A stretch of DNA of 64,000 bases from an uncultured Candidatus Saccharibacteria bacterium (GCA_964399075.1 CAYNPK010000002.1:20418-84417); one strand, 5' to 3'; numbered from the stretch's first letter, positions 47,133-57,108 are shown. Numbers and translations: made by a program. Notes: generated by a model from the sequence alone, not told the origin.

Positions 47133-47216
47133 CAGTGGATAATTTAGGCGATCCGAGGCTAATTAAGGTGCTTGCTGTTTAGGTTTGCGTTTCTTTAGTT
47201 TAGCTTTATACTAAGT

Positions 47217-47348
47217 GAGAGGTTGCTTGGGGTATTATCTAGATCAAAATATTTTAAGGGATTCCCAAACAGTCGGTGCCTTGGTACCAACTTGCGGAAA
47301 CCCACCTAGAACCTAGATTCTAGGGTAATAGTTTCCAAGTGACCTCGC
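47217..47348 (+). ncRNA. ssrS: Probable compact 6S RNA
   Basis: Promoter TTGCGT...TATACT. 5' GAGGTTGCTTGG..TATTATCTAGA pairs with 3' TCTAGGGTAATA..CCAAGTGACCTC; inner GGGATTCC/GGAAACCCACC helix resembles Firmicute 6S RNAs; downstream hairpin. Confidence 0.6.
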
Positions 47349-47412
47349 TAAAGCCCACCAATTTTACAAAAATGTGGTGGGTTTCAGCGTTTTTAGGTTA
47401 TACTTAAGCAAG

Positions 47413-48801
47413 ATGACTAATAACAGTAATTTGAGAGTTACTTTCTGTGGCGGTGCCGGTATGGTAACGGGCGCTAATTTCTTATTGACTGACGGTGGCT
47501 TGTCTGGCAATAAGGTCTTAGTTGATTGCGGATTAATTCAAGGGTCAAGAATTGCTGAAGAACAGAATTATGCTCCTTTTTCTTACCGTCCAGAAGAAAT
47601 TTCAGTTCTGCTTGTTACTCACGCTCATCTTGATCACATTGGTCGAATTCCTAAATTAATTAAAGACGGTTTTCGGGGGAAAATTTATTCGACAGCGCCA
47701 ACCAAAGAAATTTCGGAGTTAAGTTTGATTGATAGTCTTGGAGTTTTGAGTAAAGAAATTAGGGGTAGTGGTAAGCCTTTACTCTATGAACAAAAAGACG
47801 TCGCTCTAGCGATGGATTTATGGCAGACTCTAGATTATGGAGAATCAATAGAGCTGGGGGAATTTCTGGTTACTCCCAGAAACGCCGGGCACATTCTCGG
47901 CTCGGCGATGTTTGAGTTCAAGCACCAACCTAGTAATACAAACATTGTCTTTACTGGTGACTTGGGAAATTCTCCGGCTCCTTTACTGCCAGACACGGAA
48001 TTAATTAAACAGGCTCATTATTTAATCATGGAAAGCGTCTATGGTGATCGCAATCATGAAGACAGGTCTAATCGTCGAGATTTATTGGAAGACGCGATAG
48101 AAAACACCATGCACCGTGGTGGCACTCTGGTTATTCCGGCCTTTTCTATCGAGCGAACGCAGGAGATGCTCTATGAGATTGAGCACATGATGGAGTCCTC
48201 ACGGATACCTCTAGTGCCGGTTTTCATTGACTCACCCCTAGCGATTAATGTCACAAAAATTTACAAAAAGTATGATCATTATCTCAGTCATCGCGTTGAG
48301 CCAATCATCCAGGGTCATGATGGCATTTTCAGTTTTCCCCAGTTGCGTCCAACTCTAAGTACAGAAGCTTCTCGAGATATCGCCTCTTTACCCCAACGCA
48401 AAATAATTATTGCCGGCTCGGGAATGTCCAATGGTGGACGAGTTATTCACCATGAGAAGCAATATTTACCTGATCCAAAGAACGCCTTATTGCTGGTGGG
48501 CTATCAAGTTGCTGGTAGTTTAGGTCGCCAAATTCTCGACGGAGCTAAGTTTGTTAAAATTTTGGGCGAACAGGTTCCGGTTAGAGCCGAGATTATTAAT
48601 ATTAGTGGTTATTCGGCCCACAAAGATTATCAGGGTCTGATGGAATTTGTCCGTCAAACCGGTGATTCTCTCGAGAAAGTTTTCGTCGTGATTGGTGAGC
48701 CAAAATCTTCTTTATATTTAGCCCAAAGTTTGCGAGATTATCTTGGTGTTGATGCTGTTGTGCCTAAGGCTGGTGATGTGGTGGAAATTCCATTAAACTA
48801 A
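47413..48801 (+). CDS. Metallo-beta-lactamase/beta-CASP ribonuclease
   Basis: THAHLDHIG, GHILGS, FTGDLG, ESVYG, YSAH. Confidence 0.93.
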   Translation: MTNNSNLRVTFCGGAGMVTGANFLLTDGGLSGNKVLVDCGLIQGSRIAEEQNYAPFSYRPEEISVLLVTHAHLDHIGRIPKLIKDGFRGKIYSTAPTKEISELSLIDSLGVLSKEIRGSGKPLLYEQKDVALAMDLWQTLDYGESIELGEFLVTPRNAGHILGSAMFEFKHQPSNTNIVFTGDLGNSPAPLLPDTELIKQAHYLIMESVYGDRNHEDRSNRRDLLEDAIENTMHRGGTLVIPAFSIERTQEMLYEIEHMMESSRIPLVPVFIDSPLAINVTKIYKKYDHYLSHRVEPIIQGHDGIFSFPQLRPTLSTEASRDIASLPQRKIIIAGSGMSNGGRVIHHEKQYLPDPKNALLLVGYQVAGSLGRQILDGAKFVKILGEQVPVRAEIINISGYSAHKDYQGLMEFVRQTGDSLEKVFVVIGEPKSSLYLAQSLRDYLGVDAVVPKAGDVVEIPLN

Positions 48802-48832
48802 TAAATGTTAATATTGATATCAAATTAAAATC

Positions 48833-49498
48833 ATGACTTCGCTAATTTTTAAAAACAAAAACAAGCACAAACATCAGCACATGCAGTTTAAGTTCTGTGT
48901 TTCTGGAGCGGCGCAAACTGGTCATTGTGGTCCTGGTGCTCTAGAACAAGCCAAGCAACTTGGCCGATCAATTGTGGAAATTGGCGGGGTTCTAGTTACT
49001 GGCGCCACGACTGGTTTTCCACTTTGGTCGGCTGTTGGCGCCAAGGAGGCTGGTGGAGTTTCTATCGGCCTCTCACCAGCTTCTACTGAACGCGAACATG
49101 TTGAGGTTTACGGCTTGCCACTTGATTATATGGATTTGATTATTTATACCGGTTTTGGCTATTCGGGTCGTAATTTGCTCCTGACACGCTCTTCTGACGC
49201 GGTTATTGTCGGTTGTGGTCGGGTGGGGACAATTAATGAATTTACCGTCGCCTTTGAGGACGGGCGTTTGCTGGGTGTCTTGGAAGGACCTTGGCTGACG
49301 GATGAAGTAATTAAAGATATTATGATTAAGGGTCACAGACATAGCGATAGGGTCATCTTTGATGACGACCCGGCGCGCTTGGTTAAGCGTCTCGCTGAGA
49401 TTTTAGAAAAAGAAAAGGCGATGGAGAAAAAGTTTTATCGAAATCCGGATCACTCTGTCATTAATCCAGGCAGTGATCACAAGGGCGCTATTTTATAA
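48833..49498 (+). CDS. LOG/SLOG family Rossmann-fold protein
   Basis: VTGATTG, GRNLLL, GTINEF. Confidence 0.85.
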   Translation: MTSLIFKNKNKHKHQHMQFKFCVSGAAQTGHCGPGALEQAKQLGRSIVEIGGVLVTGATTGFPLWSAVGAKEAGGVSIGLSPASTEREHVEVYGLPLDYMDLIIYTGFGYSGRNLLLTRSSDAVIVGCGRVGTINEFTVAFEDGRLLGVLEGPWLTDEVIKDIMIKGHRHSDRVIFDDDPARLVKRLAEILEKEKAMEKKFYRNPDHSVINPGSDHKGAIL

Positions 49499-49832
49499 AC
49501 TCAATTAAGCGTTCGAAAGTTTTTGGTTCGTTTTCCGCCAAGTCAGCTAGGATTTTGCGATCAACAATAACTTCTTTTTTCTTAAGTAGATTGATAAAAC
49601 GACTATAAGACAACTCAAAAGGTTTAAGCGCCGCGCCAATTTTAATATTCCACAAGCGACGAAAGTCGTTCTTCTTTGCGCGTCGATGAGCCCAGGCGTG
49701 TTTGCCAGCATGCAGGATGGCAACTTTCGCTTCGCGCTCCTTAGTCGAGCGGCCAAAGCGGTAGCCCTTAACTTGCTTTAAGACTTTACGGCGATGCTTT
49801 AATGAAATGGTTCCTCGTTTGACTCTTGGCAT
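49488..49832 (-). CDS. rplT: 50S ribosomal protein L20
   Basis: MPRVKRG, FRRLW, DRKILADLA. Confidence 0.97.
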   Translation of the reverse strand: MPRVKRGTISLKHRRKVLKQVKGYRFGRSTKEREAKVAILHAGKHAWAHRRAKKNDFRRLWNIKIGAALKPFELSYSRFINLLKKKEVIVDRKILADLAENEPKTFERLIEFIK

Positions 49833-49843
49833 GGTTGTGATTA

Positions 49844-50032
49844 TTAATTTGTACCTGGTAAGTATCTGGCCAAATCCTTATTTTTAAACTTCAGAGATAC
49901 TGGTTTCTTCCCATTCAATTGAGAAGATCGACTGGCTTTGGCATTAAAGTGGTTTTGCCCACTCTTACGCGCCAAAACTTTGCCCTTGCGGGTAATTCTA
50001 ACTCTCTTTGCTAATGATTTATTTGTTTTCAT
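49844..50032 (-). CDS. rpmI: 50S ribosomal protein L35
   Basis: MKTNKSLAKR; lies between infC and rplT. Confidence 0.92.
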   Translation of the reverse strand: MKTNKSLAKRVRITRKGKVLARKSGQNHFNAKASRSSQLNGKKPVSLKFKNKDLARYLPGTN

Positions 50033-50047
50033 GTAATGTTTTATAAA

Positions 50048-50560
50048 CTATTTGGCGCGTTCGATGATTACGCTGATACCCTTATGGCTTTTCTTAACAC
50101 TCTCGGCGATGCGATATTCCTCGGCGATAAATTTAAGTAGACGTTCTAATCTTTCAGTTAAGAATTTCTGATCGAAATATTTCGCTCTACCTCGGAGGAA
50201 TAGCTCAATTTTTACTCGATGCCCGTCGTGTAAAAAGTCAGAAGCTTTACCGGCTTTGATTTGCAAATCATGATCACCGGTACCGATCTTTACCTGAATA
50301 TTTTTTGTTTCGGTTACTTGGGCTTTGGTTCTTGTTGCCTTCAGTTTCTTGTTTTCCAGGTACTGATATTTGCCAAAATCCATTATTTTTGCCACTGGCG
50401 GTTGAGCTGTCGGTGAGATCTCGATTAGATCTAAACCCTCCATTTGAGCCCTCTTTAGGGCTTCGCTCAAGCTAATTACCCCCAGATTTTCTCCCGTTGA
50501 GCCAATAACCCGAAGTTCGGGCGCTTTTATTTGATGATTAAATCTGGTTGCTCGTGACAA
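50048..50560 (-). CDS. infC: Translation initiation factor IF-3
   Basis: LDLIEISP, PPVAKIMDFGKY; non-ATG start. Confidence 0.95.
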   Translation of the reverse strand: MSRATRFNHQIKAPELRVIGSTGENLGVISLSEALKRAQMEGLDLIEISPTAQPPVAKIMDFGKYQYLENKKLKATRTKAQVTETKNIQVKIGTGDHDLQIKAGKASDFLHDGHRVKIELFLRGRAKYFDQKFLTERLERLLKFIAEEYRIAESVKKSHKGISVIIERAK

Positions 50561-50721
50561 TGATGTTTTGGTTAAACATTAATGAACTCTAAAATCCTAA
50601 TCTATTTCAATCTCTAAGTCAACACAAACCCCCGAGGCGATAATTTGCCACCGGGGGATTGAACTTACTTAACTTACTTAAATAGTAATAAGTAGTATAA
50701 GTAATAGAAGTATCAATTAAT

Positions 50722-50970
50722 TTAGCTAGCGGTTTCAGGAACAGGAAGTTCGTCGCTGATTGATTCATCTTCCATTTCTGGTACCTCTGGCAGTTCAGGA
50801 AGTTCAGTCGTCTCTTCTGGTGGTAACACCTCTTCTGGCAATGGCGGATAGACATCCTCTGGATTCTCGTTGTCTCGATTGCCGTAGTACATATAGCCAC
50901 CAATAATTAGGATCAGGGCAATAATGACAATAATTACTCCGGTGCCGAAACCTTGTTTTGTGTTTGTCAT
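50722..50970 (-). CDS. Small membrane protein with prepilin-like N-terminus and acidic Pro/Glu tail
   Basis: MTNTKQG|F followed by a hydrophobic helix; no Glu at +5. Confidence 0.65.
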   Translation of the reverse strand: MTNTKQGFGTGVIIVIIALILIIGGYMYYGNRDNENPEDVYPPLPEEVLPPEETTELPELPEVPEMEDESISDELPVPETAS

Positions 50971-51093
50971 AATGACGAAAATAAATAAACTAAAACTGTT
51001 AATAATTCGACCCTAACTACTCCAGTGCCATTATAACTTATTAGTTTCAAAATACCAAGAAAATTATCCACCATGCTATAATAGGCCAAAATC

Positions 51094-51537
51094 ATGATAG
51101 AAAATAAGCGGGCGTACTTTGATTATGAGATTATAGAAAAACTCGAAGCGGGGCTAGAACTCCGCGGTTTTGAGGTTAAGGCTATCAGGGCCGGCAAGGC
51201 TTCTATTGTCGGCTCGCGGGTGATTATTCGTGGTGGCGAGGCTTTCTTGGTTGGAACGATAATTCAGCCTTATCAAGCTAATAATCTGCCCAATAACGCT
51301 GATTCTTCTGATAAACCTCATCGTTTATTATTAAATACTAGAGAGATTAATCACTTAGATGAAAAGAGTCGGCAGGGTCGCTTGACAATCGTACCTCTTA
51401 AGGTTTATAATAGTCATGGTCGTCTAAAAATAGAAATTGCCCTAGTGCGAGGCAAGAAGCGCTTCGACAAGCGCGAGAGCATCAAGAAGCGTGACACCAA
51501 GCGACAAATAGACCGGACCTTGAAAAATAGGGACTAG
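51094..51537 (+). CDS. smpB: SsrA-binding protein
   Basis: NKRAYFDY, EAGLEL, GKKRFDKR. Confidence 0.97.
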   Translation: MIENKRAYFDYEIIEKLEAGLELRGFEVKAIRAGKASIVGSRVIIRGGEAFLVGTIIQPYQANNLPNNADSSDKPHRLLLNTREINHLDEKSRQGRLTIVPLKVYNSHGRLKIEIALVRGKKRFDKRESIKKRDTKRQIDRTLKNRD

Positions 51538-51618
51538 TAATCAGGGATTAGGTGATAAGGGTCAGGTGTTAGTGGGATACTAATCCCTAAAACCTAATTT
51601 CTAATCCCTAATCCAATT

Positions 51619-52008
51619 GGGGATGATCGGCTTCGACGTGTGAAGGGATCTCTCGAAGCAAGCCGAGGTAACTCCAACCTCGTTAAACTCGGAGTATTCA
51701 GGTAAGTGCAAACTCATCTGACGACAGCGTTGTATCACCATACTTCGCTCCTTCTTACGCTTTAGCCTAAGGAGGCATTTATTCATCAGGAGGCTGGCTA
51801 GTGATGAATAGGTGAAATATTTTGCCAGCTAGAGTTGCCAATTGTCTCATTGGCAACTTGAATTCCGTCAATGGCGGAACATCGAGGCTCGACCACGCGA
51901 TCTTTTGTTGGCTTATTGTTGCGCTGGTTTAACATCTTAAACCGACTAAGCTTGTAGAGTTCTTTAGATTTTTTTACTCGGACGCGGGTTCGATTCCCGC
52001 CATCTCCA
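51619..52008 (+). ncRNA. ssrA: tmRNA, tag (A)ANSSDDSVVSPYFAPSYALA at 51708-51770
   Basis: 5' GGGGATGATCGGCTTCGAC, 3' GACGCGGGTTCGATTCCCGCCATCTCCA, next to smpB, tag ends in YALA. Confidence 0.95.
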
Positions 52009-52145
52009 CTAGACCAAAAATGGCCACCTTTACGGTGGCTGTTTTTGTGTCTTGCTGGAGCGGGTTGGGGGAATCGAAAGCCGGAACCGCCGAAGAGGCG
52101 GTGAGGCGGGGTCGCGCAAATTTTCAGCAGAAAATTATGTGTGAC

Positions 52146-52164
52146 CGATTCCCGCCATCTCCAC
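52146..52164 (+). repeat. 19-bp duplicate of the tmRNA 3' end (att-like)
   Basis: CGATTCCCGCCATCTCCAC is identical to 51991-52009. Confidence 0.9.
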
Positions 52165-52287
52165 CACTTCGCTCCTCGGATACTCGGAGCTACGCGGTGC
52201 AAGCACCACAAGAATACCTGCCACAAGCGGGTGTTTTTGACTTTCTGTTTTTGGATGTTTACGTTGGTAAATTAATAAGTTAAAATA

Positions 52288-52917
52288 ATGACCATGGACG
52301 ACCTATTTTTAATTTTATTTTTTGTTTCGTTTGTTTCCTTGGTTGTCGGTTTGATAAGGCCAACCGCTTTTTCTCGTTTTATTAAAGGTGAAATAACGCG
52401 AAAAAAAATAATTACAATTTTTGGAATTGCAATAGTCGCTTCTTTTGTTTTGTTTGGTATTGCTAATGATAACTCAAAAAATAACAACGAAGTCTCCACG
52501 CAACCTGTTATAGAAAAGACCAGCATCCCACCTGCATCAGTAAAAACAGAAACAACCCCCACAACAACACAAGCACCAACCCCAATTACCGTTAAAATCG
52601 AGGATAAACCTGAACCAATATCAAGCGAGACAACTAGTCAAAAAAACGCTGTTAAAAAAGCAAAATCTTACTTGGGTTACTCAGCTTTTTCTCACAATGG
52701 GCTGGTCGCTCAATTGGAGTACGAACAATTTTCACACGCTGACGCGATTTATGGTGCAGATAATTCTGGTGCTAATTGGAATGAACAAGCAGTCAAAAAG
52801 GCCAAATCGTACATGGAATATTCAGCTTTTTCACGCGGTAGTTTAATTGAACAGCTAAAATATGAGGGATTCACGCAAGCACAAGCAGAGCATGGGGCTA
52901 ACGCGGTTGGTTTATAG
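52288..52917 (+). CDS. Ltp-family surface protein (superinfection-exclusion-like repeats)
   Basis: Two repeats AVKKAKSY..YSAFS..GL..QL.YE.F after TM helices and a Thr/Pro linker. Confidence 0.85.
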   Translation: MTMDDLFLILFFVSFVSLVVGLIRPTAFSRFIKGEITRKKIITIFGIAIVASFVLFGIANDNSKNNNEVSTQPVIEKTSIPPASVKTETTPTTTQAPTPITVKIEDKPEPISSETTSQKNAVKKAKSYLGYSAFSHNGLVAQLEYEQFSHADAIYGADNSGANWNEQAVKKAKSYMEYSAFSRGSLIEQLKYEGFTQAQAEHGANAVGL

Positions 52918-53179
52918 TGATACAAATAAGGACAAGGTAAAAAGTGTAAATCCTAGATCTTTTTCGCTCATAATCCAAAATTACAAATCGACAACACGAG
53001 CAAAAAGACGAACGAAAGGCCGAGATAGCTAATTTTATGCACACAATCCATAACGTCAAATATGTAACCGAGGAATCATTTGAAGTAGTGAAAAACATAC
53101 TAGGATTCAAGAAAATTAATGATTATTACAAACTTGGTTGGAAAGCTTTTCTCAATAGTCAGAAAATAAAATCGCAAGA

Positions 53180-53824
53180 ATGAAAACATTTTTTATTGAT
53201 GAATCAGGAAATTTGGGAAGCAAGGGTAGGTATTTTGTTATTACTTTGCTTGCTCCACAAAAAAGTAAACGCATAAATAATTTTATGCGTAAATTTTGTG
53301 CCAAGAATTTTCTCAAAGAAGTAAAAGCAAGTCAGCTTTCTTTTTCGCAAAAGCAGTTTATTTTTAATAAGCTATGCAGTGCTAATGACTATAATATTTT
53401 CTATATTGTTGCCGATAAATTAAACATTGATAACAAAAAAATACTTGAGGATAAAAACTTGTGCTATAACTACCTTTTTTCTTTTTTAGTGAAGAAAACC
53501 ATCAAAAGCACTCAAGAGGACATCACTCTGTTACTTGATAATCACTCCACAAAAGTAAAATCCATAAACTCATTGGCTGATTACATCAAAATCAAAGCTT
53601 TTACACAATGGGGTTTTACACACGATCTGAATATTTTCTATGTCGATTCAAAAAATTCAAAAATTGTACAAGCCGCTGACATTGTTTCAAATGCAATTTA
53701 TGCGAAATACACTTACGGAAAGGATCATTTTTATAGAAAACTTACCATTAGCGAATCTATTAAGTTTCCATATAGTAAATTTGCCCCAAAACCACCTGTG
53801 GATAACAGCTTATTGACTCCGTAA
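53180..53824 (+). CDS. DUF3800-like protein
   Basis: N-terminal FIDESG, EVKAS, C-terminal DSK...VQAADIVS. Confidence 0.85.
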   Translation: MKTFFIDESGNLGSKGRYFVITLLAPQKSKRINNFMRKFCAKNFLKEVKASQLSFSQKQFIFNKLCSANDYNIFYIVADKLNIDNKKILEDKNLCYNYLFSFLVKKTIKSTQEDITLLLDNHSTKVKSINSLADYIKIKAFTQWGFTHDLNIFYVDSKNSKIVQAADIVSNAIYAKYTYGKDHFYRKLTISESIKFPYSKFAPKPPVDNSLLTP

Positions 53825-53847
53825 TACACTTCGCATATACTTAAATT

Positions 53848-53946
53848 GATGTAAATCTTGTGCGGAGCTTAATGTAAGTAAGTGACGTATTCCGTCACCG
53901 AAGCACAAGTTGTCTTGAGAAGCCCTGCGGGGCTTTTCTTTTTTTT
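53848..53946 (+). ncRNA. Putative DUF3800-associated small RNA
   Basis: TTGACT, 17 nt, TATACT promoter at the gene end; CTTGTGC/GCACAAG outer stem; GTGACG/CGTCAC hairpin; terminator with a long T-run. Confidence 0.65.
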
Positions 53947-54018
53947 ATTAAATTTAATTTGCTAATATGCTTATGCTATACTTATCTATTATTGGTTTAG
54001 TATAAAATTATAATTATT

Positions 54019-54375
54019 ATGAATCCAGACGAAGTTAATCAAAATGTTCCTAGTACTCCCGTGGTTGAGCCGAGTGTTGATAATCACACCCTGCTTGGTA
54101 TCTTGTCGTACATTGGTCCTTTGGTGATTGTTTCTTTCATGATGGGGAAAGAGATTCCGTTTGTGAAGTTCCACGTCAAGCAGGGCGCGGTGTTGTTTGC
54201 CATTGAGGTTGTGTTGTGGTTGATTGGCTCTTTCTTGTGGCAATTCTGGATGTTGATGAACATTCTTAATTTAGCAGTCATCATTCTCGCTATTATTGGT
54301 ATCGTTAATGTTGTCCAGCGTCAAGAGAAACCGCTTCCGATCATCGGTCACTTGTCTAAGTATTTCAAGTTCTAG
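54019..54375 (+). CDS. DUF4870-like membrane protein
   Basis: LSY, FVKFHVKQG, LPIIG. Confidence 0.8.
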   Translation: MNPDEVNQNVPSTPVVEPSVDNHTLLGILSYIGPLVIVSFMMGKEIPFVKFHVKQGAVLFAIEVVLWLIGSFLWQFWMLMNILNLAVIILAIIGIVNVVQRQEKPLPIIGHLSKYFKF

Positions 54376-54393
54376 TTTTTTAATTCTAAAATC

Positions 54394-55377
54394 CTAAGTT
54401 GTTTTGTTTTGCCTGACGCGGATGACTAGCGCGGTGATGTCGTCTTCTAATTTGCCTTTGCTGGCTTGTTGTTCGGCAATAGCGAATAGTTCTGTTTGGA
54501 AATCCTCGGAAGATAGATTGCGATGTTGTTCGCAAAATTCTGGAAATAAGTCTTGGAAAAATTCTCCGTCAACCAGCGATTCGAATAAGCCATCAGACAT
54601 TAAATAAATATCAGCATTAGGTGGCAAGTTAACAATTGGCACTGCGAAGGGTTGATTCTCTAATAATCCATAACCAAGAACAGGTCGGCGTTCTATGGCG
54701 AGCGGTGAGAGAATTTCATTTTTATCTTGATATCTTTCCGCTGTTTCTGGCACGACGCCATATTCTACGCGTCCCGAACCATCTTGGTGGCGGATGAAGA
54801 ATTCCAAATTGCCAGACATCTCAATTTTTAATTTGGGTTCTTCTCCCTTTTCGGTTAAGACTTCGGCTCTCATTAAATCAAGTTGCGAGGCCAGAGGCAG
54901 GCCGTTTAAGAAATTATCCAACTCGACAAACAAATTATCTGTTGAGAGGGGGGTCTCGCGACGCAATTCCAACCAGCGAGTAATTAGTTCTTTGTGATAG
55001 AGCGCGGTGGCACCGTGTCCCATGGCATCAACTATTTCTACCTCACCGACCTCGCCACTAATTTCTGACTTGGTCCAGAAGTCACCCCCGCCGACTTGAT
55101 CAAGAGGTAAGTACAAGCCTTCTGTTGCTGATAGGTTGCGTAATTCGTCTTCTTTCTTTTCGGTATATTCGTCGCCCACAATTTCTCGGATTAATCGTGG
55201 CGAGAGGTCACGTTTGTATTTCTCCGCCAGAGCTAACAAGGCCGGTTTAAGCTCTAGAAATTTAGTAAAAGTTTCGGCTCCGAAACACCTTTGAGCTTGG
55301 TTTATTAATTCTTGATTTGCTTCAATAAATTGACGAGTGGGATCTGGCTCGTTCTCATTAATTGGCGGCTTTTCCAT
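54394..55377 (-). CDS. PP2C/SpoIIE-like protein phosphatase
   Basis: VGGGDFW, DAMGHG, SDGL, EDDIT. Confidence 0.85.
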   Translation of the reverse strand: MEKPPINENEPDPTRQFIEANQELINQAQRCFGAETFTKFLELKPALLALAEKYKRDLSPRLIREIVGDEYTEKKEDELRNLSATEGLYLPLDQVGGGDFWTKSEISGEVGEVEIVDAMGHGATALYHKELITRWLELRRETPLSTDNLFVELDNFLNGLPLASQLDLMRAEVLTEKGEEPKLKIEMSGNLEFFIRHQDGSGRVEYGVVPETAERYQDKNEILSPLAIERRPVLGYGLLENQPFAVPIVNLPPNADIYLMSDGLFESLVDGEFFQDLFPEFCEQHRNLSSEDFQTELFAIAEQQASKGKLEDDITALVIRVRQNKTT

Positions 55378-55427
55378 TAGTTTATCTTAGCATTGAAGCG
55401 GAAAAATTTAAATGATAAAATATCGAC

Positions 55428-56615
55428 ATGAAAAAAAATAAAGCACTTCTTGGTGTTGCCATTTTTATACTTAGTTGTTTTATTATTGTCTTGATTTTCA
55501 TACTTGGATTTAATTTTAAAAAAGTTGAAGAAAATCAGGTTAATTCCGTTGACAGTAGAGATGGGCAAATTGAGTCAAGTGTTTTTTCTCATGAAGCAAT
55601 GGTTATTGAGGCGATAGATGAGGCCAATCAGGCGGTAGTTTCTATTGTGGTGACTAAGGATGTACCGACTATTGAGCGATATCTTGATCCTTTTGGTGGT
55701 GGCGGTTTTAACTTTCTGATTCCGCGGGTGCGTGAAGGGGAGACCGAACGAAGAGAGATTGGTGGCGGTTCTGGCTTCTTTGTTTCTGACGATGGTCTGG
55801 TAGTAACCAATAAGCATGTTGTCGCTGATTCGGAGGCGGAATATACAGTTTTCACTAACGACGGTAAGAAGTACGAGGCGGAAGTCTTGGCTGTTGATCC
55901 GCTTCTTGACATTGCTGTTCTTAAGACTAAAGCTCGTAACACTTCCTTTTTACAATTTAGCGACTCGGATAAAATTAAATTAGGCCAAACGGTAATTGCC
56001 ATCGGTAACGCTCTTGGGGAATTTAGAAACTCGGTTTCGGTCGGTGTAATTTCCGGCCTTTCTCGTTCTATTGTAGCTGGTGATCAGCTAGGCCGGTCGG
56101 AAGTTCTGGAAGAGGTGATTCAGACTGACGCGGCTATTAACCCCGGTAATTCTGGAGGTCCGCTTCTTGATCTGCGTGGACAGGTGGTTGGCGTTAATGT
56201 TGCCACCTCGCGCGGTGCGGAAAATATCGGCTTCGCCCTACCGGCAAATATTGTTAGCGGCGTTGTTTCTTCTGTTGTTGAATATGGAGAAATTGTTCGT
56301 CCTTATCTTGGTATTCGTTATGTTCAAATTACCGAATCTCTTAAAGAAAAAAATAATTTAACAGTTGATTATGGGGTCTTAGTCGCTCGTGGAGAAACTC
56401 GCGAAGATTTAGCCGTCATTCCCGGCTCGCCGGCAGACAAGGCGGGGATTGTGGAGAATGATATTATTTTAGAGGTAGACGGTGTTAAGTTGGAAGAGGG
56501 CAAATCACTTGGTTTATTGATTCGCCAGAAGAGAATTGGCGATATTGTTAATCTTAAGATCTTGAGTAAGGGTCGGGAAAAAAATATTGTTATCAAATTA
56601 GAGCGCGCTTCTTAA
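55428..56615 (+). CDS. htrA: HtrA/DegP-family serine protease with PDZ domain
   Basis: TNKHVV, DIAVLK, INPGNSGGPL. Confidence 0.93.
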   Translation: MKKNKALLGVAIFILSCFIIVLIFILGFNFKKVEENQVNSVDSRDGQIESSVFSHEAMVIEAIDEANQAVVSIVVTKDVPTIERYLDPFGGGGFNFLIPRVREGETERREIGGGSGFFVSDDGLVVTNKHVVADSEAEYTVFTNDGKKYEAEVLAVDPLLDIAVLKTKARNTSFLQFSDSDKIKLGQTVIAIGNALGEFRNSVSVGVISGLSRSIVAGDQLGRSEVLEEVIQTDAAINPGNSGGPLLDLRGQVVGVNVATSRGAENIGFALPANIVSGVVSSVVEYGEIVRPYLGIRYVQITESLKEKNNLTVDYGVLVARGETREDLAVIPGSPADKAGIVENDIILEVDGVKLEEGKSLGLLIRQKRIGDIVNLKILSKGREKNIVIKLERAS

Positions 56616-56706
56616 GATGTCAGTAGTTGATTTCTTGGCCTCTTAATGCTTGAATACCTATTGGCGTCGTTCATTTTTTCTTGACCTTTGTTACGGAGGA
56701 AGACTA

Positions 56707-57108
56707 GTGAGAGCAAGCAAGACTGAAAGGTTGCTCTGCGGTTGTCAGGATCCCGATTGTTTTGATCCAGTATTTGTCCCTAAAGGATTGAGACTCCGAC
56801 TCTCGCGGGTTACCGAGGCCTGTGTCTGTGTTCGTGGCCACAAGCCACCACCCGACATGGTGCGGGTGACTGACGAAGATGAGGAATTTCCTGTGGGTCC
56901 CTACGACATCTATTGTCTCCCGGGCCAGCACTTACCACCCTCACGCAGACTACAGCCAAAGTCTCAGTCTTATTTACCACCTAAGTCTCCACCCAAGCCT
57001 AACCACGCTCGCGGTTTTTGTCATCCGGTCGAGGTTGTTGATCCCAGGCCTGACGAGCCACCGAATAATGATAGGCGAGTACCTCGACATCCAGAGAAAA
57101 GAGATTAG
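56707..57108 (+). CDS. Hypothetical Cys/Pro-rich protein
   Basis: SD GGAGGA before GTG 56707; hairpin with T-run downstream. Confidence 0.45.
   Translation: MRASKTERLLCGCQDPDCFDPVFVPKGLRLRLSRVTEACVCVRGHKPPPDMVRVTDEDEEFPVGPYDIYCLPGQHLPPSRRLQPKSQSYLPPKSPPKPNHARGFCHPVEVVDPRPDEPPNNDRRVPRHPEKRD

Noticed and set aside
51798-52283. ORFs over tmRNA and tRNAs (also 63742-63948)
   Set aside because: Shadow frames of structural RNA genes.
52974-53183. Open frame upstream of the DUF3800 gene
   Set aside because: No convincing start or recognisable motif; at best a 3' gene fragment.
53797-53805. DnaA box (TGTGGATAA) as a sign of oriC
   Set aside because: Isolated copy inside a CDS, with no box cluster or dnaA nearby.
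52288-53824. Prophage at the tmRNA
   Set aside because: No integrase, structural or replication genes; only a small islet.
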